This document shows positions 1 through 13,447 of a DNA stretch of 64,000 bases, in pieces (the stretch's first letter is position 1; each line of letters opens with the position of its first letter). Both the position numbers and the translations under genes were made by a program. This DNA is from Octopus vulgaris (Eukaryota), in contig OX597820.1 in assembly GCA_951406725.2 (NCBI GenBank), forward strand, positions 91,698,001 to 91,762,000, in the 5' to 3' direction. The notes beneath the pieces are model-generated. The model ran no database searches, was not told where the DNA came from, and worked only from the letters and a program-made list of their open reading frames with translations.

Positions 1-3000
1 GAAATGTATTTTCACCGTCGAACGACGGAATTCCATCGCAATATGCACACTTCATCTATCTATGTATGTATGTATGTATGTATGTATGTATGTATGTATG
101 TATATATGTATCTATCTATCTATCAGTCTTTCTCACTCGCTTTCAAATTTGTCCATATATGTGTGTGAGTGTGTATCTGTGTATATCTGTGTGTGTGTCT
201 GTGTGGCTATGTATTTATTATGAGTAAGACAGCAGTAACAGAACATACGACTCTAGATTTTCTAAGCATATACATCTTCAAATCTTATACTCGGTAAAAG
301 ACGTAGTGTACAGAAAAAAATATTATTTCGCTAAAAGCAGATAGTAGATATTATTCTTGCTGACACACGTTGGGGTTTGAAAAATAACACTTTGGAAACA
401 TTACCGAATTACGCTTCTAATTTTCTGAAGATGCCTGGAGACACATTTTGCCCACTTATGTGAATGGGATTTCAATTGATGTCTTAGACTCATTAAAAAT
501 TTCTTGTGCAATCCATATCAGAAGTGAAAATACTCTGAAGATTTACCACAGGCGTTTTCAGCTAAGCCATAGATATACTTAGTATTAACTGCGTAAGTTT
601 CACTGGATGGGGACAAACTGCTGTTTCATTTGTAAAAATTATTAGAATATATCTAGAAATTCTAAACGTAGTCCATATATAATTCACTTGGTAATATTCT
701 GCTGCAGGAGCTGTGGTAGTACTTTGCGAATGCATCAATACGCATATTATAGACGAATATAAATATTGTTTTTTTTTGTTTTGATGTTGCTGAAATTCGT
801 GGCAACATTACATTTAATGCTGTTTGTTAACAGTTTAGAAAGCATGTTCTAGGATTCTTTAAATATTAAGTTACGTAATTAAGAATAATTAGTATTATAA
901 TACTGAATTATTTATTGAGACCAAATCGAAAAGTGATGGGGAGAGGCGCAATTTCTTAAATATGTATTTTAGAATGGTTTTGCATTATACCAAAACATTA
1001 AAATGACAGAAATGCTAGAGTGTCGGACATATTGCTGAACGACGTTTACTGGTATATTCACACACTGAGTTGAAACCTTACTAGATTTATCTTTGCAGAA
1101 TAACACACTTCTGAAGTATTGATATTGATTTAATTTATGTAACCTTTTCAGAATAAGAGGTATTTAGACAATTTTAGAAAATATTGTTTTCGTTCCTATC
1201 ATTATAGATTTCGATTGGAAAACGACAGAGCTATATGCTTACTATATTAATTTAGAACTCATCCTACAATATATAAGTACCTATCATACACCGAAGATTA
1301 CATACGTCGTTGTTCTCGTACACATAAACTATCCACACATTTAAAAGTCGTGATTCTAGAACAGCAGGAACAATGAGGCTTTGGACAGGGCGTATTCATT
1401 TATATGATTTTTGGTCCTTACCAGGATTCCTGTCGTGAATGTCAATGCCTTTGATACATGTACAGTGATAAAATAAAAAATGAACAATATATTGTCAACT
1501 TAATTAGCTCTATCCTTCTCTTGGAAATATTTCACCTTTTGCCCATGTAAAAAATCATTATTATCATTATCAATATTTCTGTCACTACTAATGATATTTA
1601 AAAAGAGATCAAACTAAAGTGTTGATAATGATTCATAAATACTAAATAAATTCATATATATAGACAAAAAAAATGATAAATAGAATACTGTTGAATATTG
1701 GCAGGAAGACAAACATAATTCACAATTAAATTTATTAAATTTAAATTATCTTCCCTTCTTTCTTTCTGTCCATATATTGGCACGCAATGACTGATCTCTT
1801 CCATTATCAATGACGTTGTCATTAATAGAACAGTATAACACTATTAGGCAGTACGATACAAGTAGCTGTTAACAATCCCTTAAATTATAAGAACAGTGAA
1901 GAATAAAAAATTAAATTAGAGAAACGATTGAGGAGGTGTGTAATTAATTTGAGGATAAATGCTTCATTTCCACTCACATCACATATGTCCTTTCTTGTAT
2001 TTAAAGTTGTTTTAACCTGTGAAGATTCTTCATAAGTCACATACCACGAAAGAAGCACAAAGGACATTGAAGTAATTCCAGAAGGGAATTTAGAGAGTTT
2101 CCTGTTTTGTATATTGGAATGATAGTTGTAATAAACATATTTTCTAAAATGTTAATATTTAATCAAGTAAATGGTCAACGCAACGTCCATGACGTTCGTA
2201 GTTCCTCTGAGGCTGGTTTGAACTCTCCATATGATTACGTTAGCAAGTAAAACAGAAAACTGAAAACAAAGATGGAAAGAGAATTAAAGAAAATTAACGT
2301 TTTGGGAAAGAAGGATCATATATAGTGTTCAGTCAGGGTGTACAATACGTATGTGTTGAGTACGTTCTCGAAAGCAGTATCAGTCATGGCTGGAGAGTAA
2401 CAGCAGCATTTCTAGTAATCATATAGATTACAACCCCGAGGTAGATGCATTGATTTAACTCCAACGAAATTTTCTCACGTAATACATTTTGTATGTGTAG
2501 TTAAATTAACTGAAGGAAACATTTGTCTTCACTAATTACGTGAGTTACTGAGTATTTTAAAATCTCTTTTCTTGCGAATTTTAAGAATATATCAAATAAA
2601 CGTCTTAAATTTCATCTTAAAATTTTTAAAACGAGTGTTAAGTTTTGGAAATACTTATTGCGAGTTATATCTGTCACAATCACAAGACCAGAAAATTGCA
2701 GAAGATGTTAACTGATTGAGTTGAAAGTACCTCAAGCTCTCGATTATGAAATCATATGGAAGGAGTAAATGAGATATATATATATTCCTCACAACATTAG
2801 GTGAAAAGCTTTCGTGTTTGTAATGAGTATCAGAGCAAAATGAACGCAGAGGTAAACATTTAGAGTTGTTTCTCTACAGAAACGCATACTTTTTATTGTA
2901 TAATAAATCACAACCGATTGGGAGACAGTAGTAAAATGGATAATTGGAAACAATGAAATTTCAAAACCATGTGATGCTGAATTAAATACGAATTACGTTA

Positions 3001-3556
3001 AGGAGATAACTATCAAATTAAGCAAGGTTATACGGTAATTTGTAGAGAAGGTTAAATTATTAAGCAAGGAAAATTTGAAAATATGAAGAGTGTGTCTTTA
3101 AAATATGTTAATTTGTATAAGTTAAAGTACAAGTCTGTATTTAATGTGTGAAAATATGATTCTTATTAAAAAAAGATATCATAATTCTAACGAAAATAAA
3201 AGTAACAACATTTTGAGTGGAGGCAAAAATTAGAAATTTTCCTGAAGCTGAAGTATCGATATATTTTTCTTTCAGATAGCTTCCGGACAAAAGAAAAAAA
3301 TATGAATTCAAGTATTGATATTTTCATTTATGCTGTAAACTTTGTTGCACGTTCCTCTGTCAGTTATTTATGCTAGTTGTTTTTACAAACGGAAGAAACT
3401 ATTATTTGCATAAGTATGACAAGAGAAATATTCCAAGACAGATATATAGTAATATGCACACAAAACATTATTCCACATTGTAAAGTTTACATGCGCACGC
3501 AGATATCACACACGTGTATGTGTATATTCATACACACACACACGCAAACAAACACA

Positions 3557-4328
3557 CGAGGTCTGTTCATTAAATATTTCCCTTGACCTACTTCCCAAGG
3601 ACTGGGATAAAAGAAACTTGGCATAATTATTAGTTCTCTATATAGCCACCATTACTGGTGACACACTTCTCTCATCGCTTTATGCAGCTGTGAAAATCTC
3701 ATCTGTAGAAGTCGGTAGGTTGCGTCTGGAACCAAGATTTTACCTCGGAAATAAGTTCATCATCATCCGCAAACTGCCCTTCTCTTTCAAACAAGACTTC
3801 CTGGTTGAAAAGAGGGGGATGTCACATGGTACGAGGTCGGGTGAGTAAGGGGAATGAAGAAGGATTTCATAGCCGCAGGAATATGTTTTCATCTGGGCAA
3901 CATTCGTATTGTGAACTGGGACGTTGTCTTGGAGGAGGCAAACTTCTTTATTTCTTTATTCAACATGCCACACCTCATTGCTTTTATGGTGTCCTGCAAT
4001 TTCTGCAGCGGAGAAGCGTAATGCATCCGTTAATTGTGGTGCCTTCTGCCAGAACATCCATCATCACTACTCCGCGCTGGTCTCAAAAGATTGTGAGCAT
4101 AACCTTGCCCGGAGATGGTTGGACAGGAGCATTCTTTGGAGGTGGTGAGTTATGATGTTTCCATTGCTTCGATTGGATTTTAGTCTCAGGACCATAGTGA
4201 GGGACCAATGTTTCATCTTCTGTGAAAAGTCTGTCGAAAAGGTCCTACTTGTTTTCTCGACACATTGTCAGAAGCTGGGAGCATTTGACACGTTCCTGTT
4301 TCTGAAACGGTGTGAGCATACGAACAAT

Positions 4329-4330
<2 letters not shown>
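3557..4330 (-). mobile_element. Mariner (Tc1/mariner, DD34D-type) transposon remnant: 3' two-thirds of transposase plus one TIR
   Basis: Minus-strand translation across frameshifts gives WIVRMLTPFQKQERVKCS (WVPxxL-like), TEDETLVPHYGPETKIQSKQWKH, QPSPGKVMLTIF, YEILLHSPYSPDLVPCD and EKCVTSNGGYIEN* ending at 3630. Mariner-like TIR start CGAGGTCTGTTCA at 3557. The 5' part is lost at a (TA)n tract. Confidence 0.9.
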
Positions 4331-4369
<39 letters not shown>

Positions 4370-4373
<4 letters not shown>

Positions 4374-4597
4374 AATGTAATATGTGACAATTATTCGGTA
4401 GCCATGATAAAACTCCGAGTTTCGGATGTTAAGGTGGAAATTCATGCTGCCATCTCTTCAGTTACCTGGGCATCCGAAACTCGGAGTTTTATCATGGCTA
4501 CCGAATAATTGTCACATATTACATTTACAGATAAATTCCTCTATTTACATAATATCGATGTCTTTTTCTTTCTTTTGTTGTGTTACCATTTGATCAA
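4370..4597. mobile_element. Fold-back (inverted + direct) Penelope-like terminal fragment inserted in (TA)n
   Basis: Perfect 59-bp inverted repeat 4370-4428 / 4471-4529 with a 42-bp spacer, then a short unique tail. TA-rich tracts lie on both sides. A hammerhead motif is present on the minus strand. Confidence 0.7.
4406..4466 (-). ncRNA. Type I hammerhead ribozyme-like motif
   Basis: Minus strand: ggtaa CTGAAGA GATG..(22 nt)..CATC C GAAA CTCGGAG TT ttatc. Stem I ggtaa/ttatc, stem II GATG/CATC, near-palindromic stem III, GUU site. Confidence 0.6.
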
Positions 4598-5539
4598 TAT
4601 ATATATGTATGTATGTATATATAAATATGTATACACGACAGGCGAGCGCATATATATATATGTACAATAATGTTAGTAAGTTTCAGTTTCAGCTTCCTGG
4701 AGATTATAGCAAAGCCATGTGGTTAATACTGGAAGTACATAAGCATAGACATCTCGGAGCATGAAAGTACTTCTATTATTGTAATTTGTACTACTGAAAA
4801 GTGGAAAAAAATGTGCAAAAATGAAACGTGATAATCATGTTGGAATTTCATTGACTAACATAGTTTATCTGTACATCATCATAAAGACTCATATATGTAT
4901 GTCTTTGTAAGTGTGTGTATGCGTGTGTGTGTGTATAAAAACGAAAAGATGTGAATTAATTGTCCCATGCTATATATTTTAAAAGGAAAGTGTATACCAT
5001 ATACTATACAATATTGATTCTCGATTTATTATCTTCTCGCTAAGAGATTACACATCATTCGCTTGGTAGCAGTTAAAATAATTTCTAAATTAGAAGTATA
5101 GGTATTTTCAAGAAAATATAACTGGCATGCCTCGGAGGAAAAGATAATCTCAGTGTCTTGAGAATACAGCATAACTGTTATGTTTCAATCTCAAATGGCG
5201 TCACTAATACAGCAGTGGACCTATCTTCACTTCAACAGATAGAACACTTAAGTAGTAGAGTACACAAGATTATTTGCATAGATCCGTTGACAGAACTATA
5301 CATCAAGAGTTCAGCAGAAAAACTAAAGATAAATTGTGTGAAAAAACAAAACACATACGATTCGAAAACAGCAGTTGTCAAAACAGTTGTAGAAAACGAT
5401 GAAATAGTGGTAGAAGTAATTTGGACAGAGAGTGAATATATGCTGATACAAGGACGCTGAAATCTCACAAAGAGTAAGAGAAAGGTAGAAGGCCATCGCC
5501 TTGATCAAAAACAGCTAGTCAAGACTATACGTGCCTTCC

Positions 5540-5830
5540 TGGGCGTTTATGGACAAGTGAGGCACAGACTACAACGAAGAAGGAGGAAAAGCGACTTGCT
5601 ACGAGACATGACCACAGAAAGATTTCTGATAGGAATACCATTATGGTAGCATATCCGAAATGTGCAAATAAGAAAAAGGAGTAGAGTGAAGGATGTCACC
5701 GCGGAATACCGAACCCGCAAATTCCTGGATGGGTCTGTCGTAAGGTACTCTGACACAGATGGGATCTTTTGTTCCGTGATAATTAAGACAGCGGAAGAGA
5801 GCACTCGGAACATGTACAAGAGGTTGGAAA
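5540..5830 (+). mobile_element. Degenerate RTE-clade LINE RT C-terminal fragment
   Basis: MTTERFLIGIPLW*HIRNVQIRKRSRVKDVTAEYRTRKF resembles the RTE pattern MERxMLGIxLxxHIRNxxIRxRSxVxDxxxxxxxxKxxWAGH. Confidence 0.6.
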
Positions 5831-6569
5831 GTTAATATAACTAGCGACATGATTTCAATTGGACGAGAAAGACATAATGAAAGGAAATGTGGAAATGTAT
5901 TGTGATCAGCGATCTATACAGACTGTCTGTCAACGAAAATGTACTGTAATGCGTGATACGACTGGTAAGGTATACAGAAAACTAATTTACTTAGTTCAAA
6001 CATTAGCTGATATAACTCAATATGTTAGGTAGAGTAAACAGGTATATTTATGCCGAAATTCACAATCGATTCGGAGCCTTGCACAAAGTGTCAAACTACA
6101 TGTTAATTATTCAAAATGTTTAGGTTACACACATTCACAACTGCGTATTTCTAAACTTACTGAAGTAATATGTCACAGCATATCAAATTATGATTGAGGT
6201 ATATAATCTAAATTTGTCCACCCGGCTCTCTCTTTTACTACTTTTGGTCATTCACATTATTAAAAAAAACATTGCCAAAACTCTGCCTGAAATAAAGAAC
6301 ACTCATATAAAACTAACATGCGAAAGAGGATTTTTACGAATCCCATCTATCTGCAGAGTGTTCTATTTAATATGGATGTGAACGACGCGAAAGAGTAGTA
6401 ATGGTTAAATTGTATTTTATATCTTCTTTCTACTCAATGCATTAAGTGTTCATATATTTTGTTAGCGAAAAACAACTTTATTACTATACATATTTTCTAT
6501 ATAGTCGAACATTTTCGAGTTAACATCAGTAATCTTTAAATAATGCTTTAAAATTTTATCACAACACCA

Positions 6570-6745
6570 TTTGAGGGGAAGCGCTAAGCAGATTACATCA
6601 GCCCCTCTGCTCAACTGGCATTTATTTTATCGTCTCCGAAAGAATAAATGGGAGAGTCGACTCATTGGAATTTCAACTTAGTATGTGAAGACGGACGTAA
6701 TATATCTAATCATTTTGTCCGGCATATCTGTCAACTCGCCGACTA
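6570..6745 (-). mobile_element. Degenerate copy of SINE family B
   Basis: Matches the body (aactggc..ttattttatcg..ccgaaag..gtcgacctc..ggaattt..aact) of the 14676-14908 copy. Confidence 0.6.
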
Positions 6746-7899
6746 AGTAGTCTTTAAATAATGAAACAACGCAGTGTCATTTGCTCATTGACACAAACAA
6801 TCTTCCCAATATCAACCATTACTTTGTACATATCATTTAATAGAAAGTGTATACGTTGTTGAGAAGTAATTGAAGATCGAAGCTTATGAACACGATACGA
6901 ATAAAAATTAGTTATCCTCCTTGATAACATTGGAGATAAGTGCATTTAATTGGTTACTACACACTCAGTGTATTGAACGGAAATACTCGAAATGATAAGT
7001 GATGTAAGACTTTAAAAACAACAATGTTTACCGACATTAACTAATCTACGGCATAAAAAGCATTAAAAATTCTAATGAAGTGCTTGCATTTTATGTTGCA
7101 GTGACAAATATGTAGATTAATACAGTGACATAGAGATAAAAAGAAAATTATACGATAATAGCACTGTAAGATTAGAAAAATTAACGATTCCACGCATCAA
7201 AAACAATTTCAATACTGATGCTGAGATATAGTAGCAACTTTGAATAAACCTAACATATAGAGTGTTGAACAAATTGTAAATAATATATAGCATTAAAACT
7301 CACTAACAAATTATATTTCGATTTAATATATTTGGAGAACTTGTGATATTTTGAATATGTAATGTGGGTCCTTCTGTGGATTTCTCCCTAATTGACTTAG
7401 ATGGGCTTTTGTTTTTTACCCTGTTGGGGAATTTTCATTAGAACTTTTTCCAAAACTTAAATATCAGGTTGCGTAAAAAGTAAGCAACGTTTAGAACCAT
7501 GAAGACTTTGTACCAGATTTTTGAACTCTTTTGAATCTTTTTAAACTTATTTTTGTAATTATCTGATAATACCGACTTAGACTTGCTGAAATGCATCAAT
7601 AAATTAATGTTGATATTTGTTTCACCGTCGTTACAACCATCTTGGCCGAGTTGGTCTTGAATTTTGTTTGTGTGTCTTTAGGGAAGATAGTGAAGGATTT
7701 GTTGAATTGGAATTATATTTGCTATTAATTGTTGTGTCTTGAGACACTTGTTTTTGTTGTCTTACGGCGGTTTTGTTAACGCTTTCTCCCTTGTTTGAAG
7801 GGAGAAGCGCATTACTTGTGTCTTCGTGATATATGAAGATTTAAATTCTTCATACGTAACGACGTATGAAGAAGAATTACTGAGAAATTTGGATATTGC

Positions 7900-8430
7900 A
7901 GAGCAGAAGATGGAAAAAAATGAAGGTAGAAAAAAAAATGAATTTTACAGCTGAAGATATTTGTTTTTAAAAAGTGGAGTTGAACAAGTGCAGGGAAATC
8001 CTAAGAAGGGAGGGGCACGAAGTAAAAGTGACCCCCATATCTGTGAAGTTACAAAGGACACGCAATGAAAGACAATAATATATAGAACATATAGTCTAGA
8101 TACAACAGGAATGGAAATTAATGACAAAACTACAAATTGAGAAGGCATCAAGACCCATCTGGCAGGATGTCACCTACCTTGCCTGAGGGGAAATACGCAA
8201 ATGTGGATGTGAGATTTTCATCCGAAGAAAAGGCCAGGCAACATTCGGTAGCCTTCCTGAAAACAGACGAGGTAATACTTCTGCCTACATACCTTAGAAG
8301 ACGTGCTTCTAGGGCAAGGGTAGAAGAGACCCACCCGAAGGTAGATGTCACCTGACTGGTGGCTGCAATACTGCTGGATGTAGAAGAGACGATACAGGTC
8401 CTCCATGTAACGAGAACGCCACTCGTTGGC
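7900..8430 (+). pseudogene. Decayed homolog of the L1/Tx1-type ORF1 at 17693-18979
   Basis: KTIIYRTY and GKYANVDVRFSSEEKARQHSVAFLKTDEVILLPTYLRRRASRARVEETHPKVDVT*LVAAILLDVEETIQVLH align with RTIIYRVF and SKYGTVVVHFKSESAARKMAAKAVKSEKVTLLPTYLNRRITRIRVEGVPPNVEAEWIVAAVISGHEDEVDILH. Contains stops and frameshifts. Confidence 0.85.
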
Positions 8431-8547
8431 AAAAATGCGTTGATTGCAATAGTACATACTTTGATGAGTAAAATTTCCGCATTATTAAAATATACTGTGA
8501 TGAATTTCATATTTGAAAACATCACTTACTTTTTACTCAGCCTGATT

Positions 8548-8578
<31 letters not shown>

Positions 8579-8733
8579 CTGTGTGTGTCTTTGTGTGTGT
8601 ATGTATATATATATATATATATACATATATCTGTGCATATAGTGACGGAGGGTGCCAGTAATCACTAGCGTTGCTAGAAATAAGGGGCGAACCAAATTTT
8701 AGCCACACACATACACACACCCACACACACACA

Positions 8734-8803
8734 CGAAGGTAGATGTCACCTGGCTGGTGGCTGCAATACTGCTGCATGTAGAAGTGACGATAGAGATCCT
8801 CCA
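8734..8803 (+). repeat. Local ~70-bp duplicate of 8336-8405 (ORF1 fragment) embedded in (CA)n
   Basis: cgaaggtagatgtcacctg(a/g)ctggtggctgcaatactgctg(g/c)atgtagaag.. is present twice. Confidence 0.85.
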
Positions 8804-10140
8804 CACACACATATAAATATATATATATACACATATATATATACACATATATATATACATACATATACACACACACATACATATATATATATATACATAT
8901 GCCCACAGCTCGTGAGATGAAACTAGAATCAATCAATCATATACATATATATATACACACACACATACATACATACTAAAAAGAGAGACACAGAAAGAAA
9001 GAGAGAACGACAGGGAGAGGAACGTAGTTCGATAAATTTTTGAATTTCATCATAATTAAACAATTTGAGAACCAACACTCCCGTTTGTTGTCTTTCTAAC
9101 TACTGTTACCATTGAAACGAGACCACATTCTATATCACAAGAGTTCTCTTCTTCACCGATTTCTGTTGTTATGTATAAGGATGCTCATGGATTTTTCTAT
9201 ATCACTTACATTTGGCAACTGGATTGGCTTATAATTATATATATTGAAACAAACATAGATTCACATATATACACACACACAATTTAAAGCCGAATGTTTG
9301 TCGTTTGTAAAGAATTCACCGGCGACCAGAATCCGGCAGCATTTCTATATGAATAATAACGTTGTGCGTTTAATAACTGATTAAGAATGAGAAATATTTT
9401 CTTGGTACCTCCTTTTGTTCTGATGTTATTGTGCTATTTTCTCATGCATCTGCCATGTCGCCTTATGTTTCCTTCTACGAGAAGAGTAGTGTATTATTTT
9501 TCCTTACAATATTTCAGGCTTCGGTGCTGGCAGGGCAGCGATGTTTTAGCTTTCCATATTAATGAACTAATTTGATAGTCTTACTGACATTGCAACGTCT
9601 CTATTTATGAATTATCAATATAGAATAAAGGATAAAAATCGAGTATTCTATTCTATAAAATACTTTCAAAACTGCTTATTTTTTAATCATCGACGGACAC
9701 TTTTCCCATTTGTGAGGAGACATATATTTATATAATGAGTGGATTTAATGTAAAATTCATCAAAGGGACATATACATGAAATGTAGAATACATTTACTGA
9801 ACAAAATCTGAACAAGGAATGCTATTCATAAATTCGTTATATCCAGTAATATATAAATAGTATATACTCTCTCTCTCTCTTTACTCTTTTACTTGTTTCA
9901 GTCATATAACTGTGGCTATGCTAGAGCACCTCCTTTCAGTCGAGCAAATCGACCCAAGAACTTATTCTTTGTAAGCCTACTAGTTATTCTATCGAACTCT
10001 TTTGCCGAACCGCTAGGTTACGGGTACGTAAACACAAAATTATCGGTTGTGAAGAGATGTTGTGCGGGGGACAAACGCAGACGCACAAACACACACACAC
10101 ACACACACATACATATACATACATACATACATATATATAT

Positions 10141-10475
10141 ATCATGGCTCAGTGGTTAGAGCGTCGAGCTTACGATCGTAAGGTTGTGAGCTCGAATCCC
10201 GGACCGGGCTGCGTGTTGTGTTCTCGAGCAAGGCACTTTATTTCACGTTGATCCAGTTCACTCAGCTGTAGAAATGAGTTGCGACGTCACTGGTGCCAAG
10301 CTGTATCGACCTTTGTCTTTCCCTTGGATAACACTGGTGGCGTGGAGAGGGGAGGCTGGTATGCATGGGCGACTGCTGGCCTTCCATAAAAACAACCTTG
10401 CCCAGACTTGTGTCTAGGAGGGTAACTTTCTAGGTGCAATCCCATGGTCATTCATGACCGAAGGGTGTCTTTACC

Positions 10476-10478
<3 letters not shown>
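10141..10478 (+). mobile_element. tRNA-derived SINE (family C) with CORE-like central domain
   Basis: A box TGGCTCAGTGG and B box-like GCTCGAATCC, then agcaaggcactttatttcac..ctcagctgtagaaatgag (CORE-like). Ends ctttaccctttt. Confidence 0.75.
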
Positions 10479-10525
<47 letters not shown>

Positions 10526-10530
10526 ATATA

Positions 10531-10643
10531 TTGGCCTGCCCGCTTAGCCAGCGGGGTGGCGTCATTCGAAGGTTAAAACAATGCGAACGCATTGTGACCA
10601 GCGATGTGAAACAACATCTGATGGTCTGGTCGGTCACGTGATC
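10531..10643 (+). mobile_element. 3' fragment of a SINE with an RTE-like tail
   Basis: Tail gtgaccagcgatgt..ctggtcggtcacgtgat resembles the RTE 3' end at 15273-15328. Confidence 0.55.
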
Positions 10644-11645
10644 ATATATACATATACATATATACAACAGGCTTCTTTCTGTTTCCGTCTACCAAATCCA
10701 CTTACAGGGCTTTGAGCGGCCCGAGGCTATAGTAGAAGACACTTGCAAAGGCGCTACGCAGTGGGACTGAACCCGGAACCATGTGGGTCGTAAGCAAGCT
10801 ACTTACCACACAGCCAGTCCTACGCCTATATGTATATGTGTGTGTGTATGTGTGTGATATGCTTTTATATTTGCTTTAAGAAACAATTCCATACCGTCAT
10901 AACTGCTAACATTGTTTGTGCATTTAGTATAATGCAGACATGATGATTTTAATTTAATATTCAACTTCGTAGACCGAAATTTTCTGTAGCTGGCCAAATT
11001 TTCGAAATACCTGTTAATGCATTTTGTACTTTCTTAGATACCGAAACACGATTCTTCTTTAAGAAGTGTCAATCGGGTGCATCATATTGACAGTTCCCAA
11101 GAGAGGTTGGCCTCGATCCTATACTGTATGTATATATATACACATGCACACACGCACACACACTACAAATTCACACACACGTATGTGTGCGTATGTGTGT
11201 GTGTAGTGTGTGTGTCTGTGTGTGTTTGTGTTTTCAACACAGCAAATCTATTGGGTGACATCAACTAGGACAATTCCATATCTTTTCTTCCAGCGGAATA
11301 TAGAATATATACATTTAGTATGATACGCAGGTGAACATATATACATATATGTGTGTTTGTGTGTGTGTGTGTGCGTGCGTGTGTGTGTGTGCGTGTGTGT
11401 GTATACATATATATAATACAAGCGCGCACAAACTTACGCGCGCGCACACTCACATACACGTGACGTGTGTATGCATACGTACGTACAAATAGATGAATGA
11501 TACACGAGGGAAAGGAATAGAAAGTACAAGACAATGGTATAGAAAATTCAATACGGTAAATACGCTAGCACATCTCTACATACTTACAATAATACATAAA
11601 AACACACTACACATATATATTTGCATACATACATACATACATACA

Positions 11646-11676
<31 letters not shown>

Positions 11677-12224
11677 TACATGTGTGATCAATGTATGCAT
11701 GTATGTGTTTGTGCATGTACATGCACGTATGTCTGTATATATATATATACATATAACACATAGAAAAAGAGAAGAGAAATATATCTGCACAACCAAAATG
11801 TAGTTGTAACTTATGGGGTAACATGTTTGATTAATTTTAGACACATATAATCACGGATTGCATCGATTTTCTGCATACAGGAAGTGTCAGCTTGCATTCT
11901 AAAACAAATATTATCTTCCCCTACATTTACCTTCCACGATTACTGATATCACCACGTTACACGATAGTGTTAAAATCTGTGGTTTTCGGTCGAACTTTCT
12001 CATAAAGGTAATTCTGCTGCATTGAGCTACTGTCAAGAGAACAGTTTAATTCTGTTATGCGCGTATTTATCAGAACTATTTTACTGTATATTAATACCGC
12101 TACCATAAACTTTACGAGGAGCTTCATATAATCGGATTTCTTATATTTGGCAGTAACAGTTAATGAGTTCAATCCTCTCGAAAGGGAAACCAATCCCATT
12201 AATTAATATTTTTACTCAGTCTAA

Positions 12225-12425
12225 AGCAGTCAGCTGACAGAATCGTTAACACGCCAGGTACAATACTTAGCGGCATTAATCTGCCTTTACGCTCTGAGTT
12301 CAAATTCCGCCGAGATCGACTTTAGCTTTCATTCTTTCAGGATCGATAAAATACGAACGTGTTGAGCACTGGGATTGATATAAGCGTGACAGCTGGCCTT
12401 GAGCCAATATTTGAAACCAGTATTT
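12225..12425 (+). mobile_element. SINE family B copy (tail 2), degenerate
   Basis: cagctgacagaatcgttaacacgcc..ctgagttcaaattccgccgagatcgacttt..gctggccttgagccaatatttgaaacc. Confidence 0.75.
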
Positions 12426-13384
12426 TTTTTATAGACGATGACACAACCGGAAAGGATCTTGTAAATTATTCTATCCCAGAAAAATTGTGATCGGTGCCTT
12501 AATTCATTATGCTCTATCCTAACATATATCATCACATGTTAAAATTATTTCTGGATAAGTGGCTTGTGAACGACATTTATGATCATGCTTCGTAGTTTGT
12601 GCATTAGAATACATTTCAGCAATTTGATTATTAGTTATTCAGTTTTGCCCAATACACTGTTTCCTTTGTGTTATTATGCCAGTTCAGCGAAACCAGTTTT
12701 AAATTACGATTAAATTATTTAGAATCAAATACCAACTCCCATTATAGTTAAATTTACTAACCACTGAAATATTACCAAAGACGTTATCGTAATATTGTTA
12801 ATCTATTATTTTTTTTTCGTTCACTGATTACAAGCTTCGCAATCATATTTCGTTTATCAAGTGGCATGATTAGCCCTTATTTATAACTGTTGACCTTTTT
12901 TTGTATCCAGAACATGAGTATAGAGCTTGAATAGCCATTTCTCTCATTACTAAGCCCTATAGAGTCAGCTTGTTCAATAGGTTCCTCCTCTCATTGTAAC
13001 AACGTTGATTAGACTATATTTCTATTGGTTATTATGTAGTTATGTAGCATAATTGGCTACTATGAACGGATGAGAACACAATTATCCGTGTCTCCGGGGC
13101 ATTTCAGTAAACTATGCTCTACTTTCAAAGCAGATACAGTAACACACAAAGTTAATTCGCGTTTTAAACTAAATATACAAATACTTCATAATAATGAAGC
13201 TACAGATATTTCGAAAGGTAAAGAAAATTGAAAGCGTTACATTGTTAGATATATAATGTCATTGATTGCAGAATGTAGCCATTCAATAATGCAAACACAA
13301 TATAACATAGAGATTAATTAAAACATATATATGGAGTAGAGAAAGAAACAGTGATATACTACTACGTTCATGCTACAATCACTA

Positions 13385-13388
<4 letters not shown>

Positions 13389-13446
<58 letters not shown>
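13389..13446. repeat. Long (TA)n microsatellite, representative of more than ten TA/CA/TATG tracts in the window
   Basis: Directly visible. Others at ~61-110, 4331-4370, 11625-11675, 23264-23320, 28055-28118, 29422-29469, 50226-50274 and 50324-50370. Confidence 0.98.

Positions 13447-13447
<1 letters not shown>

Larger units (their letters stand above)
9876..10828 (-). mobile_element. tRNA-derived SINE family A, split by nested insertions in its internal (CA/TA)n linker
   Basis: 3' half 9876-10140 and 5' half ~10660-10828 match intact copies at 27640-28056 and 55877-56288. Confidence 0.85.

Noticed and set aside
430-760. Slightly GC-richer segment that might be a DNA-transposase remnant
   Set aside because: No diagnostic motif or TIR found.
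1885-2275. Possible host exon behind a minus-strand tttgttttcag acceptor, or LINE-like IIPIYKTG
   Set aside because: All frames close within ~35 codons and nothing is recognisable. The LINE-like motif is too short to call.
10141-10215. tRNA-like sequences (also at 16831, 27985-28056, 30215-30286, 35030-35100)
   Set aside because: They are SINE heads with A/B boxes that run into SINE bodies. I could not build complete cloverleafs.
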